From NCBI GenBank assembly GCA_021779095.1, contig JAJYBI010000004.1, positions 47,784 through 111,783 of the forward strand: DNA of 64,000 nucleotides, in the 5' to 3' direction. Positions 27,436-38,094 of this stretch are shown here, piece by piece. Position numbers and translations under genes: made by a program. A model generated the notes under the pieces. That model made no database searches, had not been told where the DNA came from, and saw only the letters and a program-made list of their open reading frames with translations. This stretch comes from Deltaproteobacteria bacterium (GTDB lineage Bacteria > Desulfobacterota > Desulfuromonadia > Geobacterales > JAJYBI01). Positions within the stretch are counted from its first letter, which is position 1; every line of letters begins with the position of its first letter.

Positions 27436-27689
27436 TTCGTTCCCTTCCTCTCCGTGTGCGATGGTGGACGGCGGGGCGGAGGCTCCCCGTCCGTTTCGCT
27501 GGTGCATGGCTGCGGACCGGTTCGGTACCGGTTCCGGCAGGACCTCCGAGTTTACCGGTTTCTCCCGGGTAACATTGCCTCTACGGGGTCCTTTACCGCC
27601 GCGCCCTGGCGCTTCACTTCCGGAGAACCTCCGGCCCGCCTGGCGGCGAGGCACCGAACCACCCAAAACAATATATGCAAAGCCACACA

Positions 27690-27722
27690 AAAAAGGGCAC
27701 CCCGATCGGGGTGCCCTTTTCA
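27690..27722. terminator. bidirectional intrinsic terminator between the S1-domain gene and pepF
   Basis: AAAAAAGGGCACCCCGATCGGGGTGCCCTTTTC. Confidence 0.85.
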
Positions 27723-27728
27723 TGTTCA

Positions 27729-29513
27729 CTACCCTTCCGCCACGAGCCCTTCCAGCTCGGACACCAGGTCGGCCAGGAAGTCGTACCCCTTCTGCCAGAA
27801 ACCGGGCTCCGTCAGATCGATTCCCGCCAGCCGGGCCGTATCGATGGGGGAGCGGGAGCCGCCGCTTTCGAGGATCGCCTCGTAGCGCGGCAGGAAGGCG
27901 TTCCCTTCCTCCCGGTATTTGCGGTACAGGGCCAGCACCAGCAGCTCGGCGAAGGTGTAGGAGTAGCAGTAGAACCGGGTGTGCACGAAATGGGAGATAT
28001 AGCTCCATCCCCACCGGTACGGCGGGATCATCTCCACTTCCTCGCCGAACAGCCGGGCGTTCTCTTCCCACCAGAGGTCGCAGATCCGGTCCGTGGCAAC
28101 GAGCCCCGTCCGTCGCTCCAGGTGCAGCTTCTGCTCGAAGCGGGTGAGGAGGTTCTGGCGCATGGTGGTGGCGATGATGTCCTCGATGGTGGCGCAGAGA
28201 AGGGATATCCGCAGCGACCGGTCCGTCTCCCGCTCCAGCAGCAGCCGGGTGAGGAGGATCTCGCCGAAGACCGAGGCGGTCTCCGCCAGGGGGAGCGGGG
28301 CGTGGTAGTTCACCATGGTCTGGGTTTGGGCGAGGGTGAAGTGCAGGCCGTGTCCCAGTTCGTGGGCGAGGGTCGCCACGTCCCGCAGGCTGCCGGTGAA
28401 GTTCATCAGCACATAAGGGGGGAGCACCGGCGTCATCCCCATGCAGAAGGCGCCGCCGGTCTTTCCGGGGAGGGGCGGGGTGTCGATCCGCCCCTCGTCG
28501 AAGAAGCCGGCGATGATCTCCCGGTAGGCGGGGTTGAAGGCGCCGTACGCCTCCAGCACCAGTGTCTTCGCCTCGTCGAAGCTGTACTTCCGGGCCGTCC
28601 CCGGCACCGGGGCGTACAGGTCGGTGTTCTTCATCCGCTCCAGCCCCAGGAGCCGTGTCTTCAGCCGGAAATAGCGCCGGGCGAGGGGGTAGTTCTCCTC
28701 GCTGACCGACATGAGCTGCTCCACCGTCTCCGCCGACAGCTCGTTCCCCAGGTTGGTCGCCTCCATGGGGGTGCGGTAGTCCCGGATATCCATATCCTGC
28801 CGGTGGTCCAGCGCCAGGTTGTTGAACACTGCACCGTAGACGATGGCGTGTTCGCCGTGCCGATCCAGGAACATGCCGAAGGCCCGTTCCCTGACATCCG
28901 CATCCGGGTGGTGGAGGAGCGCCAGGAGCTCCTCGCCGGTCATCTCCCGCTCCTCCCCGTCCAGTTCGAAGGTGTACCGGAAGGAGGCGGAAATCTCGTC
29001 GTACAGGTGGGTGAACGCCTCCATCCCCGTAAGCGCCTTCCGGGTGAGGAGACTTTCCTCCCGTTCGTTGAGGGTGTGGGGCTTGAACCGCCGCACCGCC
29101 TCCATGAAGTGGCGGTAGGGGGCGAGCTGTTCGTCGTCGGACAGCTCTGCGAACCTCTCGTCGGGAATCTCCATGATCTCCAGTTCGAAGAAGAGGAGCG
29201 CCTGGCTCATCTCGTTGCCGAACTCGGCGGCCCGCTGGTACAGCGCCTTGTGCGCGTCGTTCCCGCTGTCGGTGGCAAGAAGCAGGTGGGCGTAGAGCTG
29301 GGGTTTCACGATCCGCTCCTGCAGCGCCTCGTAGGCGGTGAGGGCGAAGTACAGGCCGTCGGCGTTCAGATGCGCCAGTGTGCCCCGGTAACTGTCCCGG
29401 AACACCCCCGTCAGTTCAGGTCCGGCGGCGAAGTCCGCCTCCAGTACGGCATCGTCGGGGCCGAGGTACAGGCGGGTCGTGTCCCAGCGGGGGAGGGGGG
29501 CGGTTTCGGTCAT
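27729..29513 (-). CDS. pepF: oligoendopeptidase F (M3B metallopeptidase)
   Basis: HELGHGLH zinc motif. About 594 aa. ATG at 29513 follows GAGGAG. Confidence 0.85.
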   Translation of the reverse strand: MTETAPLPRWDTTRLYLGPDDAVLEADFAAGPELTGVFRDSYRGTLAHLNADGLYFALTAYEALQERIVKPQLYAHLLLATDSGNDAHKALYQRAAEFGNEMSQALLFFELEIMEIPDERFAELSDDEQLAPYRHFMEAVRRFKPHTLNEREESLLTRKALTGMEAFTHLYDEISASFRYTFELDGEEREMTGEELLALLHHPDADVRERAFGMFLDRHGEHAIVYGAVFNNLALDHRQDMDIRDYRTPMEATNLGNELSAETVEQLMSVSEENYPLARRYFRLKTRLLGLERMKNTDLYAPVPGTARKYSFDEAKTLVLEAYGAFNPAYREIIAGFFDEGRIDTPPLPGKTGGAFCMGMTPVLPPYVLMNFTGSLRDVATLAHELGHGLHFTLAQTQTMVNYHAPLPLAETASVFGEILLTRLLLERETDRSLRISLLCATIEDIIATTMRQNLLTRFEQKLHLERRTGLVATDRICDLWWEENARLFGEEVEMIPPYRWGWSYISHFVHTRFYCYSYTFAELLVLALYRKYREEGNAFLPRYEAILESGGSRSPIDTARLAGIDLTEPGFWQKGYDFLADLVSELEGLVAEG

Positions 29514-29642
29514 GATCGTCTCCTCAATAAAAACGGGGGCATGGTCTGCCCCCGCGGGTGTGATGGCGGTCCGCCGTGCTGCAGCGGGCATACGGAGGTT
29601 ATAGTACGTTTGCCGCCGATTTGCAACGGCGGGTCGAACGCG

Positions 29643-30413
29643 TCACTGCGCGAGCCGGACGCGGTAGAAGGCGGCGGCGTTGTCGTACAGCACCCGGCGG
29701 GCCGCCGCTTCCCCCAGGAGTTCAACCACGAGGGAGAGGTCAGCATCTGCGTAGGGGCGCGGGGCCCGGGTGGAGGGGAGGTCGGTGCCGAACATGAGGG
29801 CGTCCGGACTGGCGGCGTACAGCTTAGTGAGGGCGGTGCGCACGTCGAAATCAATCCGGCCGAACCCGGTCGCCTTCACCCGCACCCCTCGCTCCGCCAG
29901 CCGGAGCAGGGTGGAAAACCCCGCCCCCGACAGCCCCAGGTGGTCGATGCTCACCGCGGGGAGCGCGGCCAGGGTCGGATAGAGCCGTTCCAGCTCCCGG
30001 GAGTCCACGTACAGCTCCACGTGCCAGCCGCAGAGTTCGAAGACCCGTCGCGCCAGCCGGTCCAGTTGCCCCACCTCTTCGGAGCCGCCCCGCCGCAGGT
30101 TGAACCGCACCGCCCGGACCCCCGCCGCGTCCAGTGCCAGGAGCTCCCCGTCCGCTACCGTCGCCGGCAGCTGGGTCACCCCGACGAAGCCGGGACCGAG
30201 TTCTGCCAGGGCGGCGGTCAGGTAGGACTGGTCGAACGCCTGGAACGAGCCGGAGACCACCGCCCCGCCGGCGAGGTCGTACCGTCCCATCCGGCGGCGG
30301 TAGTCGTCGCAGGTGAACGGTTCCGGCAGGTAGCCGTTGTTGGGGACGAGCGGAAAGCGGGGATCGATGATGTGCAGGTGGCTGTCGAAGATGCGGTATC
30401 CCTTCAGCTGCAT
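29643..30413 (-). CDS. amidohydrolase-2 family metal-dependent hydrolase
   Basis: N-terminal FDSHLHIIDP (DxHxH) and C-terminal MFGTDLP motif. Confidence 0.75.
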   Translation of the reverse strand: MQLKGYRIFDSHLHIIDPRFPLVPNNGYLPEPFTCDDYRRRMGRYDLAGGAVVSGSFQAFDQSYLTAALAELGPGFVGVTQLPATVADGELLALDAAGVRAVRFNLRRGGSEEVGQLDRLARRVFELCGWHVELYVDSRELERLYPTLAALPAVSIDHLGLSGAGFSTLLRLAERGVRVKATGFGRIDFDVRTALTKLYAASPDALMFGTDLPSTRAPRPYADADLSLVVELLGEAAARRVLYDNAAAFYRVRLAQ

Positions 30414-30424
30414 GACAACCTCCG

Positions 30425-31384
30425 TCAGGGATTGACCACGTTGATCGGGCTCCCCGCCAGGAATGCCGCCACGTTGCGGGCGGTTTCTTCCATGAGCCGC
30501 CGGCGGGCGTCCAGGCTCGCCCAGGCGATGTGGGGGGTGATGATGCAGTTCTTCGCTCCAAGGAGCGGATTGTCCGGTGCGATCGGCTCGGCGGCGACCA
30601 CGTCCAGCCCGGCCCCGGCGATTGTTCCCTCGTTCAGGGCGGCGGCCAGGTCGGGCTCGTTCACCAGCTGGCCCCGGGCGGTGTTCAAAAGGATCGCCGA
30701 CGGCTTCATGGTCCGCAGGACGTCACCGTTCACGAAGCCTTCGTTCGTCGCCGTGAGCGGACAGTGGAGGCTCACCACGTCCGCCGCGGCGAACAGTTCG
30801 GGGAGCTCCCGCCAGGTCACCGGCACCCCCTCCGGCGTATGCCGGCTTCGGGTGGGGACGGCGGCAACCTCCATGCCGAAGGCGCGGGCGATCTGGGCGA
30901 CCCGGGAGCCGATCCGGCCGAGCCCCACGATCCCCATGGTCTTTCCCGCGAGCTCCGTGAGCGGCGCCAGCCAGAAGGAGAAGTCGGGGGCTGCGCTCCA
31001 GGCTCCATTACGCACCGCCGTTGCGTGCCGGTCCGCCTGGTTCGTGAGTGAGAGGAGGAGGGCAAAGACGTGCTGGGCCACGGAGTCGGTGCCGTACTCC
31101 GGCACGTTGACCACCGGGATACCACGCTTCCGGGCGGCGGCGATCTCCACCACGTTGTAGCCGGTGGCCAGCACGGCGATGCACTTCAGCTGCGGCAGCG
31201 CCGCGATGGTCTCTTTGGTCAGGGGGGTCTTGTTCGTGAGGATGATCTCCGCGTCCCGGGCACGCTCCGGGATCAGCTCGGCCGGGGTGCGTTCATACAC
31301 CGTCAGCTCCCCCAGCGCCGCCACGGCGTCCCATGGGTTGTCCCCGGGGTTGAGGGGATGTCCGTCCAGCACCACGATCTTCAT
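30425..31384 (-). CDS. D-isomer-specific 2-hydroxyacid dehydrogenase (glycerate dehydrogenase-like)
   Basis: NAD-binding GIVGLGRIGSRVA and the catalytic R...E...H context (NTARG..., TPHIAW). Confidence 0.85.
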   Translation of the reverse strand: MKIVVLDGHPLNPGDNPWDAVAALGELTVYERTPAELIPERARDAEIILTNKTPLTKETIAALPQLKCIAVLATGYNVVEIAAARKRGIPVVNVPEYGTDSVAQHVFALLLSLTNQADRHATAVRNGAWSAAPDFSFWLAPLTELAGKTMGIVGLGRIGSRVAQIARAFGMEVAAVPTRSRHTPEGVPVTWRELPELFAAADVVSLHCPLTATNEGFVNGDVLRTMKPSAILLNTARGQLVNEPDLAAALNEGTIAGAGLDVVAAEPIAPDNPLLGAKNCIITPHIAWASLDARRRLMEETARNVAAFLAGSPINVVNP

Positions 31385-31417
31385 GCGTCCTCCATCTCGT
31401 GTCGTAAGGTCTGTCGA

Positions 31418-32182
31418 TCAGAACAGGTCCGGCAGCGGTACGATCTTCCAGCCGTTCTCCTCCAGTCCGGTGCGGATGAGCCGGGCGGACGCCACCGCCG
31501 CCGCGTTGTCCCCGTGGAGGCAGATGCTGTGGAACGGTGTGGGGATGCACCCTCCGGAGACGGTGACGATTCCGCCACGTTCCAGCATGGCGGTTGCGTG
31601 GGCCAGTGCCGCATCAGGGGCGTGCAGTACCGCGCCGGGCACGTTGCGCGGAACGAGCTGGCCGTTGTCCGTGTAGGCCCGGTCCGCGAATATCTCCAGC
31701 GCCACCTTCAGTCCCGCCGCCTTTCCCGCCGCCGCGAGGGCGGAACAGGCCGGGGCCAGGAGGATCAGACCCGGCGCGTAGCTTTTCACCGCGCGGACGA
31801 CGGTCGTCGCCAGGGCGGCATCGGCACAGGCCATGTTGTTGAGGGCGCCGTGGGGCTTTACGTGGGTCACCCGCATCCCCCGGCTCCGGGCGATGCCGTC
31901 CAGTGCCCCGACCTGGTAGGCGATCTGCGCCTCCAGCTCCCGCGGCGGAACATGCATCTCCCGCCGGCCGAACCCCTGCAGGTCGGGGAAGGAGGGGTGG
32001 GCGCCAACGCTCACCCCTCTTTCGCCGGCGAGCTGCACCGTCTTCGTCATCACCAGCGGGTCGCCGGCGTGGAAACCGCAGGCCACGTTGGCCGAGGCGA
32101 CGCATCCTATCAGCTCCTCGTCCTGTCCCATGGTCCAGCTGCCGAACGATTCTCCCATGTCCGCATTGAGATTGATCTTCAT
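31418..32182 (-). CDS. pxpA: 5-oxoprolinase subunit A (LamB/YcsF family)
   Basis: Begins MKINLNADMGESFG..., about 254 aa. Its start overlaps the pxpC stop by 4 nt. Confidence 0.85.
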   Translation of the reverse strand: MKINLNADMGESFGSWTMGQDEELIGCVASANVACGFHAGDPLVMTKTVQLAGERGVSVGAHPSFPDLQGFGRREMHVPPRELEAQIAYQVGALDGIARSRGMRVTHVKPHGALNNMACADAALATTVVRAVKSYAPGLILLAPACSALAAAGKAAGLKVALEIFADRAYTDNGQLVPRNVPGAVLHAPDAALAHATAMLERGGIVTVSGGCIPTPFHSICLHGDNAAAVASARLIRTGLEENGWKIVPLPDLF

Positions 32183-33273
32183 GGTGTCGGTTGCTCCCGG
32201 GTATCGTTGGTTGTGCGCCGTGACTGCGCGGTGCCGAACAGCGGGGTCAGGTCCACCCTGTCGCCCACCAGGGTCAGCGGGGCGATGCTGGCGATCTGCG
32301 TAGCCAGATGCCGGCGGCGTTCGAGCAGCAGGTCGGCCCCTTTCTCGGCGGTAACCGCGTGGAAGCGGACCCGCCGTCCTTCCTCCAGCGAGGCGAACCT
32401 CGGCAGGTCCACGGAGGCGACCGCGGCGATCTTCGGGTATCCCCCCACCGTGGGGCCATCCGCCAGCATGACGATGGGGGCGCCGTTGCCCGGCACCTGG
32501 ATCGCCCCCGGCACCATGGCGTCGGAGACGATCTCCGGCGGCAGGTCCTTCCGGTGGAGAAGCCGCGGTCCCGCAAGGCGGCTCCCCGTCCGGCCCGCAT
32601 CCCGGGTCACCGTGAAGACGCCGGTGTAGAACCCTGCCAGCGTCTCATCCGTGAACCGGTCGACCTGGGGGCCGGGGATCACCCGGATCGCCACCGGGTC
32701 GTCCGGACCGCACCCCGGGTCGGGCCCGCCGTAGCCGTCCCGTCCCGGCGGCCGGGGCAGATAGCGCTCCGGCCCGGCGGGGGGATTCGGCCGGCCGACG
32801 GACAGTACCTGCCCCTTCCGGAGCAGCAGGCCGCCCAGACTTTTGTCCCTTCCCAGCAGGCAGGTGGAACCGCTCCCCATGATCTTCTCCAGTGCCAGTC
32901 CGCCGCTCACGGCGAGGTAGCCGGCCCGGCCGGTGAATACCATGCCGAGCCGCAGCAGGTCCCCTTCCTCTAGGGTGACGGTGCGCCAGGGGCAGAGCAG
33001 TGCCCTCCTGCCGTTCCGGGTCAGTACGATCTCCACGTCGCCGGTGCAGGCGACACGCACCGCCTTCCCCGCGGCCCGCAGGGTCGGGCCAGACCGGCAG
33101 AACTCCAGGAGCGGTGCGTCCTCACCGTTGTCGGCGAGGGCGTTGGCGATGCGGGCGAGGTCGGGGTGGAGCGCGCCGGAGACCGGCACGCCGTAGCGGC
33201 GAAAGCCGCGTCGCCCCAGGTCCTGAACCGTGGTGAACGGCCCGGGGTGCGTGACTATCAGGCGGCTCGTCAC
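32179..33273 (-). CDS. pxpC: 5-oxoprolinase subunit C (KipA / allophanate hydrolase subunit 2-like)
   Basis: Contains TTVQDLGRRGFRRYGVPVSGA and ..GGYPKIA... Gene order is pxpB-pxpC-pxpA with 4-nt overlaps. Confidence 0.8.
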   Translation of the reverse strand: MTSRLIVTHPGPFTTVQDLGRRGFRRYGVPVSGALHPDLARIANALADNGEDAPLLEFCRSGPTLRAAGKAVRVACTGDVEIVLTRNGRRALLCPWRTVTLEEGDLLRLGMVFTGRAGYLAVSGGLALEKIMGSGSTCLLGRDKSLGGLLLRKGQVLSVGRPNPPAGPERYLPRPPGRDGYGGPDPGCGPDDPVAIRVIPGPQVDRFTDETLAGFYTGVFTVTRDAGRTGSRLAGPRLLHRKDLPPEIVSDAMVPGAIQVPGNGAPIVMLADGPTVGGYPKIAAVASVDLPRFASLEEGRRVRFHAVTAEKGADLLLERRRHLATQIASIAPLTLVGDRVDLTPLFGTAQSRRTTNDTREQPTP

Positions 33274-34040
33274 CGTGTCACCCCTCTCGTCACGAACTGG
33301 CGGAGGTCGAGGCCGTTGTTCCGGCCGGCGGCGGCAAGCGCCTCGTACCGTTTGACCGTGACCGGTTCGAATGTCACCCTGTCCCCCGGGGAGAGGAGCG
33401 CCGGCTGCGGCCGGCGGGGTTCGAACAGGGGGAGGGGACAGCGGCCGATGATGTTCCAGCCTCCGGGGCTCTCCGCGGGGTAGACCGCCGTCTGCTGCCC
33501 GGCGATGGCGACGGAGCCGGCGGGGACCCGCACCCGCGGCTCGGTGAGACGCGGCAGCCGCAGTTCCTCGGCCACGTCCCCCATGTAGGGAAATCCGGGG
33601 AGAAAGCCGATCATGTACACCGTGTAGGTGCGACCGGCGTGCAGCGCGACGATCCCGTCGGGCGAGAGCCCGCGCTCACCGGCGATCCGCTCCAGGTCCG
33701 ATCCGTAGCCGGGATCGTAGCAGACGGGGAGCCGCCAGCAATCCCCCTTTCGCGACACCCTTCGGGGCGGCGCGGAGAGCAGTGCGGCGACCTGTCTCTG
33801 AAGTGCGCACCGGGAGACGACCTCCGGATCGAATATCAGGGTGAGGGAGCGGTAGGTGGGGACCGCCTCAACGATCCCCTTCATCCGGCCGGCGTCGATC
33901 TTTGCCGCGATCCGGGCGTCCAGGTCGGCGACGGCGGCCACCAGCTTGCCGTCGATCCGGTCGCCGATCTCAACGGTGAGGGCACTGTCCCCCAGGGGGA
34001 GAAAACGCGGGTAAAGTGTATCGATGGGGCTGCTGTTCAT
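33270..34040 (-). CDS. pxpB: 5-oxoprolinase subunit B (KipI / allophanate hydrolase subunit 1-like)
   Basis: Contains LPLGDSALTVE.. and ..FLPGFPYMG..RL..PR..VPAGSVAIAG..T.VYP..SPGGW. Confidence 0.8.
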   Translation of the reverse strand: MNSSPIDTLYPRFLPLGDSALTVEIGDRIDGKLVAAVADLDARIAAKIDAGRMKGIVEAVPTYRSLTLIFDPEVVSRCALQRQVAALLSAPPRRVSRKGDCWRLPVCYDPGYGSDLERIAGERGLSPDGIVALHAGRTYTVYMIGFLPGFPYMGDVAEELRLPRLTEPRVRVPAGSVAIAGQQTAVYPAESPGGWNIIGRCPLPLFEPRRPQPALLSPGDRVTFEPVTVKRYEALAAAGRNNGLDLRQFVTRGVTR

Positions 34041-34132
34041 AGGGACTCAAGCGCTGTCGGTTCCGGAAATCGAAGGGCCGCCGGATATCTTCACGGCGGC
34101 CCTTGCGGGACTATTGAGCGGACGCGGCCGTA

Positions 34133-34567
34133 CTACCCCTGCATGATGTACTGCTGCAGGTTGGTGATGACGAAGTTCTGCTCGGAGATGATCGTCTTCA
34201 CCGCGTCCCCGATGGAGACGAGGCCGACCACCTTGCCGTCCTCCATGACCGGCAGATGGCGCAGGAACTTCTCCGTCATGATCGCCATGCACTCCTCCAC
34301 GGAGGTCTCCGGGTGCACCACGACGAGCTCCTTCGTCATGACGTCTCTCACCAGTGTCTCCCTGGATGCCCGACCCGCCAGGATGATCTTCCGGGCGTAG
34401 TCGCGCTCGGAGATGACACCGATCAGTCTGTCGCCGTCCAGCACCAGGAGTGCCCCCACGTTCTTGTCGCACATCAGTTCGATCGCCTCATACACCGTGG
34501 CGTCGGGTGAGATGGCGATGATGCTGTTCGACTTCTTGGCCCGAAGTACCTGCATGGCTGATTTCAT
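34133..34567 (-). CDS. CBS-pair domain protein
   Basis: ATG at 34567 follows AAGGGGGG. Two CBS motifs are present (VGALLVLDGDRLIGVISERD and HLPVMEDGKVVGLVSIGD). Confidence 0.8.
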   Translation of the reverse strand: MKSAMQVLRAKKSNSIIAISPDATVYEAIELMCDKNVGALLVLDGDRLIGVISERDYARKIILAGRASRETLVRDVMTKELVVVHPETSVEECMAIMTEKFLRHLPVMEDGKVVGLVSIGDAVKTIISEQNFVITNLQQYIMQG

Positions 34568-34801
34568 TGGTTTCCCCCCTTGTGGATGGTTCGTCGGATA
34601 CGACGATGCATTGCAATACGGTACGCCCATGCCCTGCCGGCGAACATGACGGTCTCGCTTTAAGGGTGCGACAGGTGTTCCAAATATACCACGGAAATAA
34701 ACGTCCGCATGCGACGGCGTCCCTTTTTGCGGTTCCGAAACGCAGAGGGCCGCCCTCACGGCGGAGAGCGGCCCCGACCTTCACGGCGGACGGTTGTCCG
34801 G

Positions 34802-35845
34802 TCAGTTGGTTGTCGGCGTCGGGGTCGTCGGGCCGTTGGCCGGCAGGATCGGATATGCCACCCGCGGCTGCCGGCCGGTGAGGGTGCCGAGGAAGGCGAC
34901 GATCTGGTCCGTCTCCTCGTGGCTCAGGGCCGCCCCCAACTGTACCGACCCCATGACCGCCACCGCCTCATCCAGCTTCCAGACCTTGCCGGTGTGGAAG
35001 TAGGGGGGGGTGAGGACGATGTTGCGCAGGGAGGGGGACTTGAAGGCGAACCGCTCGCTTTCTGCATGGGTTACCTTGAACCGTCCCGTGTCGGTGGCCG
35101 GACGCAGATCGGCGTCCGGCGCCTTCACCACGCCGAAGGTGTAGTAGCCGGTTCCTCCCAGGTTGATCCCGCCGTGGCAGGCGGCGCACCCCTTGTCCAT
35201 GAAGAGCTTCAGCCCCGTCCGCTCCTTCGCTTTGAGCGCCTTGGCGTCCCCCTTCAGGAATCTGTCGAACCGGGCATCGGGGGTGACCAGGGTCGCTTCG
35301 AACAGCTCGATGGCCTTTGCCATGTTGTCGAAGGTGACCGGGTCCTTCTCGCCCGGGAACGCCTTTTTGAACAGTGCGTCATAGGCGGGGATGCCTTTCA
35401 GGGTCGCCACCACCCGTTCCGGCGTGTTGTTCATTTCCACCGCGGCCTGTACCGGTCCCTTGGCCTGCTCCGCCAGGTCTTTCGCCCGGCCGTCCCAGAA
35501 CTGGGCGATGTTGTATACCGCGTTCAGTACCGTCGGGGCGTTGCGCGGTCCCTTCTGCCAGCCGTGGCCGATGGAGGTCTCCTGCATGTCGCCGCCTCCC
35601 ATCCCCACGTTGTGACAGCTGTTGCAGCTGATCAGGTACGATGCCGACAGGCGCGGCTCGAAGTAAAGCATCTTCCCCAGTTTCACCCTGGCCGGACTGG
35701 CCGGATTCCCCTTCTGGGCCGGTGCTGCGGCCGGAATCGGCTTGAACAGCTGCCGGGCCTGCGACAGCAGGTCGTCACTGCCCCAGGCCGGGAGCGCGGT
35801 CACCGCCAGCACGACCAGACACCCCGTCACGCTTCTCCTCATCAT
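34802..35845 (-). CDS. ccpA: di-haem cytochrome c peroxidase (MacA/CcpA-type)
   Basis: Signal peptide plus two CXXCH motifs (CNSCHN, CAACHG). Contains FDRFL, PSLRN and PPYFHTG. ATGATG at 35845 follows AGGAG. Confidence 0.9.
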   Translation of the reverse strand: MMRRSVTGCLVVLAVTALPAWGSDDLLSQARQLFKPIPAAAPAQKGNPASPARVKLGKMLYFEPRLSASYLISCNSCHNVGMGGGDMQETSIGHGWQKGPRNAPTVLNAVYNIAQFWDGRAKDLAEQAKGPVQAAVEMNNTPERVVATLKGIPAYDALFKKAFPGEKDPVTFDNMAKAIELFEATLVTPDARFDRFLKGDAKALKAKERTGLKLFMDKGCAACHGGINLGGTGYYTFGVVKAPDADLRPATDTGRFKVTHAESERFAFKSPSLRNIVLTPPYFHTGKVWKLDEAVAVMGSVQLGAALSHEETDQIVAFLGTLTGRQPRVAYPILPANGPTTPTPTTN

Positions 35846-36022
35846 TGTCGTTCTCCTTTCGCGCTGTGACGCCTCATGCGCCACCTGTGAATGTATTAGG
35901 CAATACTAACACATGTTGCCGGATTTGCCAGCGCCTGCCTGCGCGCCGACTGCATCCGCAAAAGCGTGCGGAGCCACCCGGCCACGATCCTTGCACCCGG
36001 CCGGGACGTACGGTCTGCCTAT

Positions 36023-36049
36023 GAAAAAGGGGCCATGAACATGGCCCCC
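36023..36049 (-). terminator. intrinsic terminator after the MCP gene
   Basis: On the minus strand: GGGGCCAU-GUUC-AUGGCCCC followed by UUUUUC. Confidence 0.75.
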
Positions 36050-36078
36050 GGTTGAACGGCATATGCTGCGAGGTTGCG

Positions 36079-37716
36079 CTAGACGCGGATCACCTGCAGG
36101 TTGAACGTGCCGACGATGGACTTGAGGTCATCGGCCATGCGCGAGAGCTCGTCCGCCGCCTGGGATGATTCCTGTGCTCCCCGGGCGGTCTGCTGGACGA
36201 CATCGCTCATCAGCTGGATGTTGCTGCTGATCTCCGCGGTGGTCGCGGTCTGCTGCTCCGCTGCGGTGGCGATCTGGCTGACCTGCATGGTTACGTTGCC
36301 GATTTCGTTGAGGATCTCCTGCAGGGCCGTTCCCGAGCGGCTCGCTTCCCTCGTGCCGGTTTCCACCTCTCGTACACCTTCCACCATGGTCTGTACCGCT
36401 TCCCTGGTCTCGTTCTGGATATTCTTGATCATTTCCCCGATCTCGCGCGTCGCCTTGGTTGTCCGCTCGGCGAGGGCGCGGACCTCGTCGGCGACCACGG
36501 CGAACCCCCGTCCCTGTTCCCCGGCCCGGGCCGCTTCGATGGCGGCGTTCAGCGCCAGCAGGTTGGTCTGGTCGGCGATGTCCTCGATGGTCCCTACGAT
36601 CTCACCGATCTGGTCGGAGCGCGCCCCGAGACCTTCGACGCTTTGTGCCGACCGCTGGACCTTCTGCGTGATACGTTCCATGATCTGGATGGCGTTGTTG
36701 ACGACGGCGGCCCCTTCCTGGGCAACGGTCCCGGCATGTCTGGCGCCTTCCGCCGCCTGGTTGCAGTTCCGCGCGATATCCCCCGAGGTGACGGCCATTT
36801 CCTCGCCGGCGGTCGCCACCGTTCCCGATTGCGCCGCCACCTCTTGTGATGCCGTGGCGAGCTGTTCGGACGTGGCGTGGAGCTGGGACGATGCCGTCGC
36901 CACATGTGAAGAGGTTTCCGCCAGGTGGGTGATGATGCTTCTCAGCTTTTCCACCATGTATTTTGCCGTGGTGGAGAGTTCACCGATTTCGTCCCTGCGG
37001 GTCACCTCGAACGTAATGCCGAGATTGCCGTCCGCGATGCACCGGTTGAGTCCGACGATCTGTCCCATCGGAATGGAGACGCTGCGGGTAAGGACCAGCG
37101 CGATCAGTACCGCCAGGAGTATGGTAACCAGGAGCACGATGCCGATCTTGATCTCGGCCGAGCCGATCGTCTGATCCACCGTTTTCCCTGAGAGGACGAC
37201 CTCGTTTCCCTGGTATGCGATCATCCTGTCCAGTGCATCGATGTAGGCGGTCTGGACCGGACGGAGTTTCGTCACCAGCGCCTCCGCCAAATCTGCCCTT
37301 CTGCCCGTTTCGATCATGCCGGCGATCTGCTTCTGCACCGCGAGGTAAGCGGTGCTGCGGCTTTCCAGCTCCTGGAGCAGCTCCTTGCCCCGGTCGTTCC
37401 AGGCTGACTTCTCAAGCCGGTCGAACAGGGATGTGATTTCGTTCCGTGCCCGGTCGATGCGCGCCAGCTCCTGTTTGACGTCCGCCGGATTCGTCAGGAT
37501 GACAGCATTCCGGAGGGACCTGGCCACCACGTTGATCTGGTCGTCCATCCGGTTCAGCATGGCAGTTTTCGGCCACATATCGCTGGTTACGACAGTGACC
37601 TTGGAGTTGACCCTGGAGAAGCTGCTGACCGCAACATAGGTGATGATGACCATGAACAGTACGAGAACCGAGAAACCGCATGCCAGTCGGGTTCCAATCT
37701 TCAGATTAGATAACAT
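36079..37716 (-). CDS. methyl-accepting chemotaxis protein
   Basis: Two TM segments, a HAMP domain and the highly conserved signalling hairpin [33 protein letters not shown]. Confidence 0.95.
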   Translation of the reverse strand: MLSNLKIGTRLACGFSVLVLFMVIITYVAVSSFSRVNSKVTVVTSDMWPKTAMLNRMDDQINVVARSLRNAVILTNPADVKQELARIDRARNEITSLFDRLEKSAWNDRGKELLQELESRSTAYLAVQKQIAGMIETGRRADLAEALVTKLRPVQTAYIDALDRMIAYQGNEVVLSGKTVDQTIGSAEIKIGIVLLVTILLAVLIALVLTRSVSIPMGQIVGLNRCIADGNLGITFEVTRRDEIGELSTTAKYMVEKLRSIITHLAETSSHVATASSQLHATSEQLATASQEVAAQSGTVATAGEEMAVTSGDIARNCNQAAEGARHAGTVAQEGAAVVNNAIQIMERITQKVQRSAQSVEGLGARSDQIGEIVGTIEDIADQTNLLALNAAIEAARAGEQGRGFAVVADEVRALAERTTKATREIGEMIKNIQNETREAVQTMVEGVREVETGTREASRSGTALQEILNEIGNVTMQVSQIATAAEQQTATTAEISSNIQLMSDVVQQTARGAQESSQAADELSRMADDLKSIVGTFNLQVIRV

Positions 37717-38094
37717 AAATAAAACCTCCTGATTTCACCATGTTGTGAGCAGTTATCTTCTCGTATCGTCACGCGGGACGGGATGATTAGTTAAATTATG
37801 CGGTATACGCGAAAATATTAAAAATATATGCAATCGGAAAAGCATCAGGAGGGCGGTTGTCCCGAACGTGCTGTGTCCGGGGCTGCAGGAGGCCGTCGTG
37901 TGGCGACTGGTCAGGGTTGACGCGGTATGCCGATCTGCCGTGTACGGTGTCGGTCAAGGTGCTTCATTCAAAACTGTTTCCGCATTCCGTGCCGAGCGTA
38001 TTTGTTTCAGTCCGCACACCGTGGAGAACCTGGCGTCGTCGCAACAGAAACGAAATTTTCACATTTGTTCCACAATTCCTCCTTATTTTGCCGG

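Noticed and set aside
27436-27690. ~250-nt GC-rich untranslated stretch after the S1-domain gene containing small hairpins (e.g. CCGGAG-AAC-CUCCGG)
   Set aside because: No promoter, terminator or known RNA motif delimits a discrete element. It is most simply a long 3' UTR up to the bidirectional terminator at 27690-27722.
27675-31160. 1161-aa plus-strand ORF
   Set aside because: It runs antisense across pepF, the amidohydrolase and the dehydrogenase. Its composition (runs of G/R/P/V/E and no motifs) is typical of a stop-free shadow frame in high-GC DNA. The minus-strand genes carry clear catalytic motifs.
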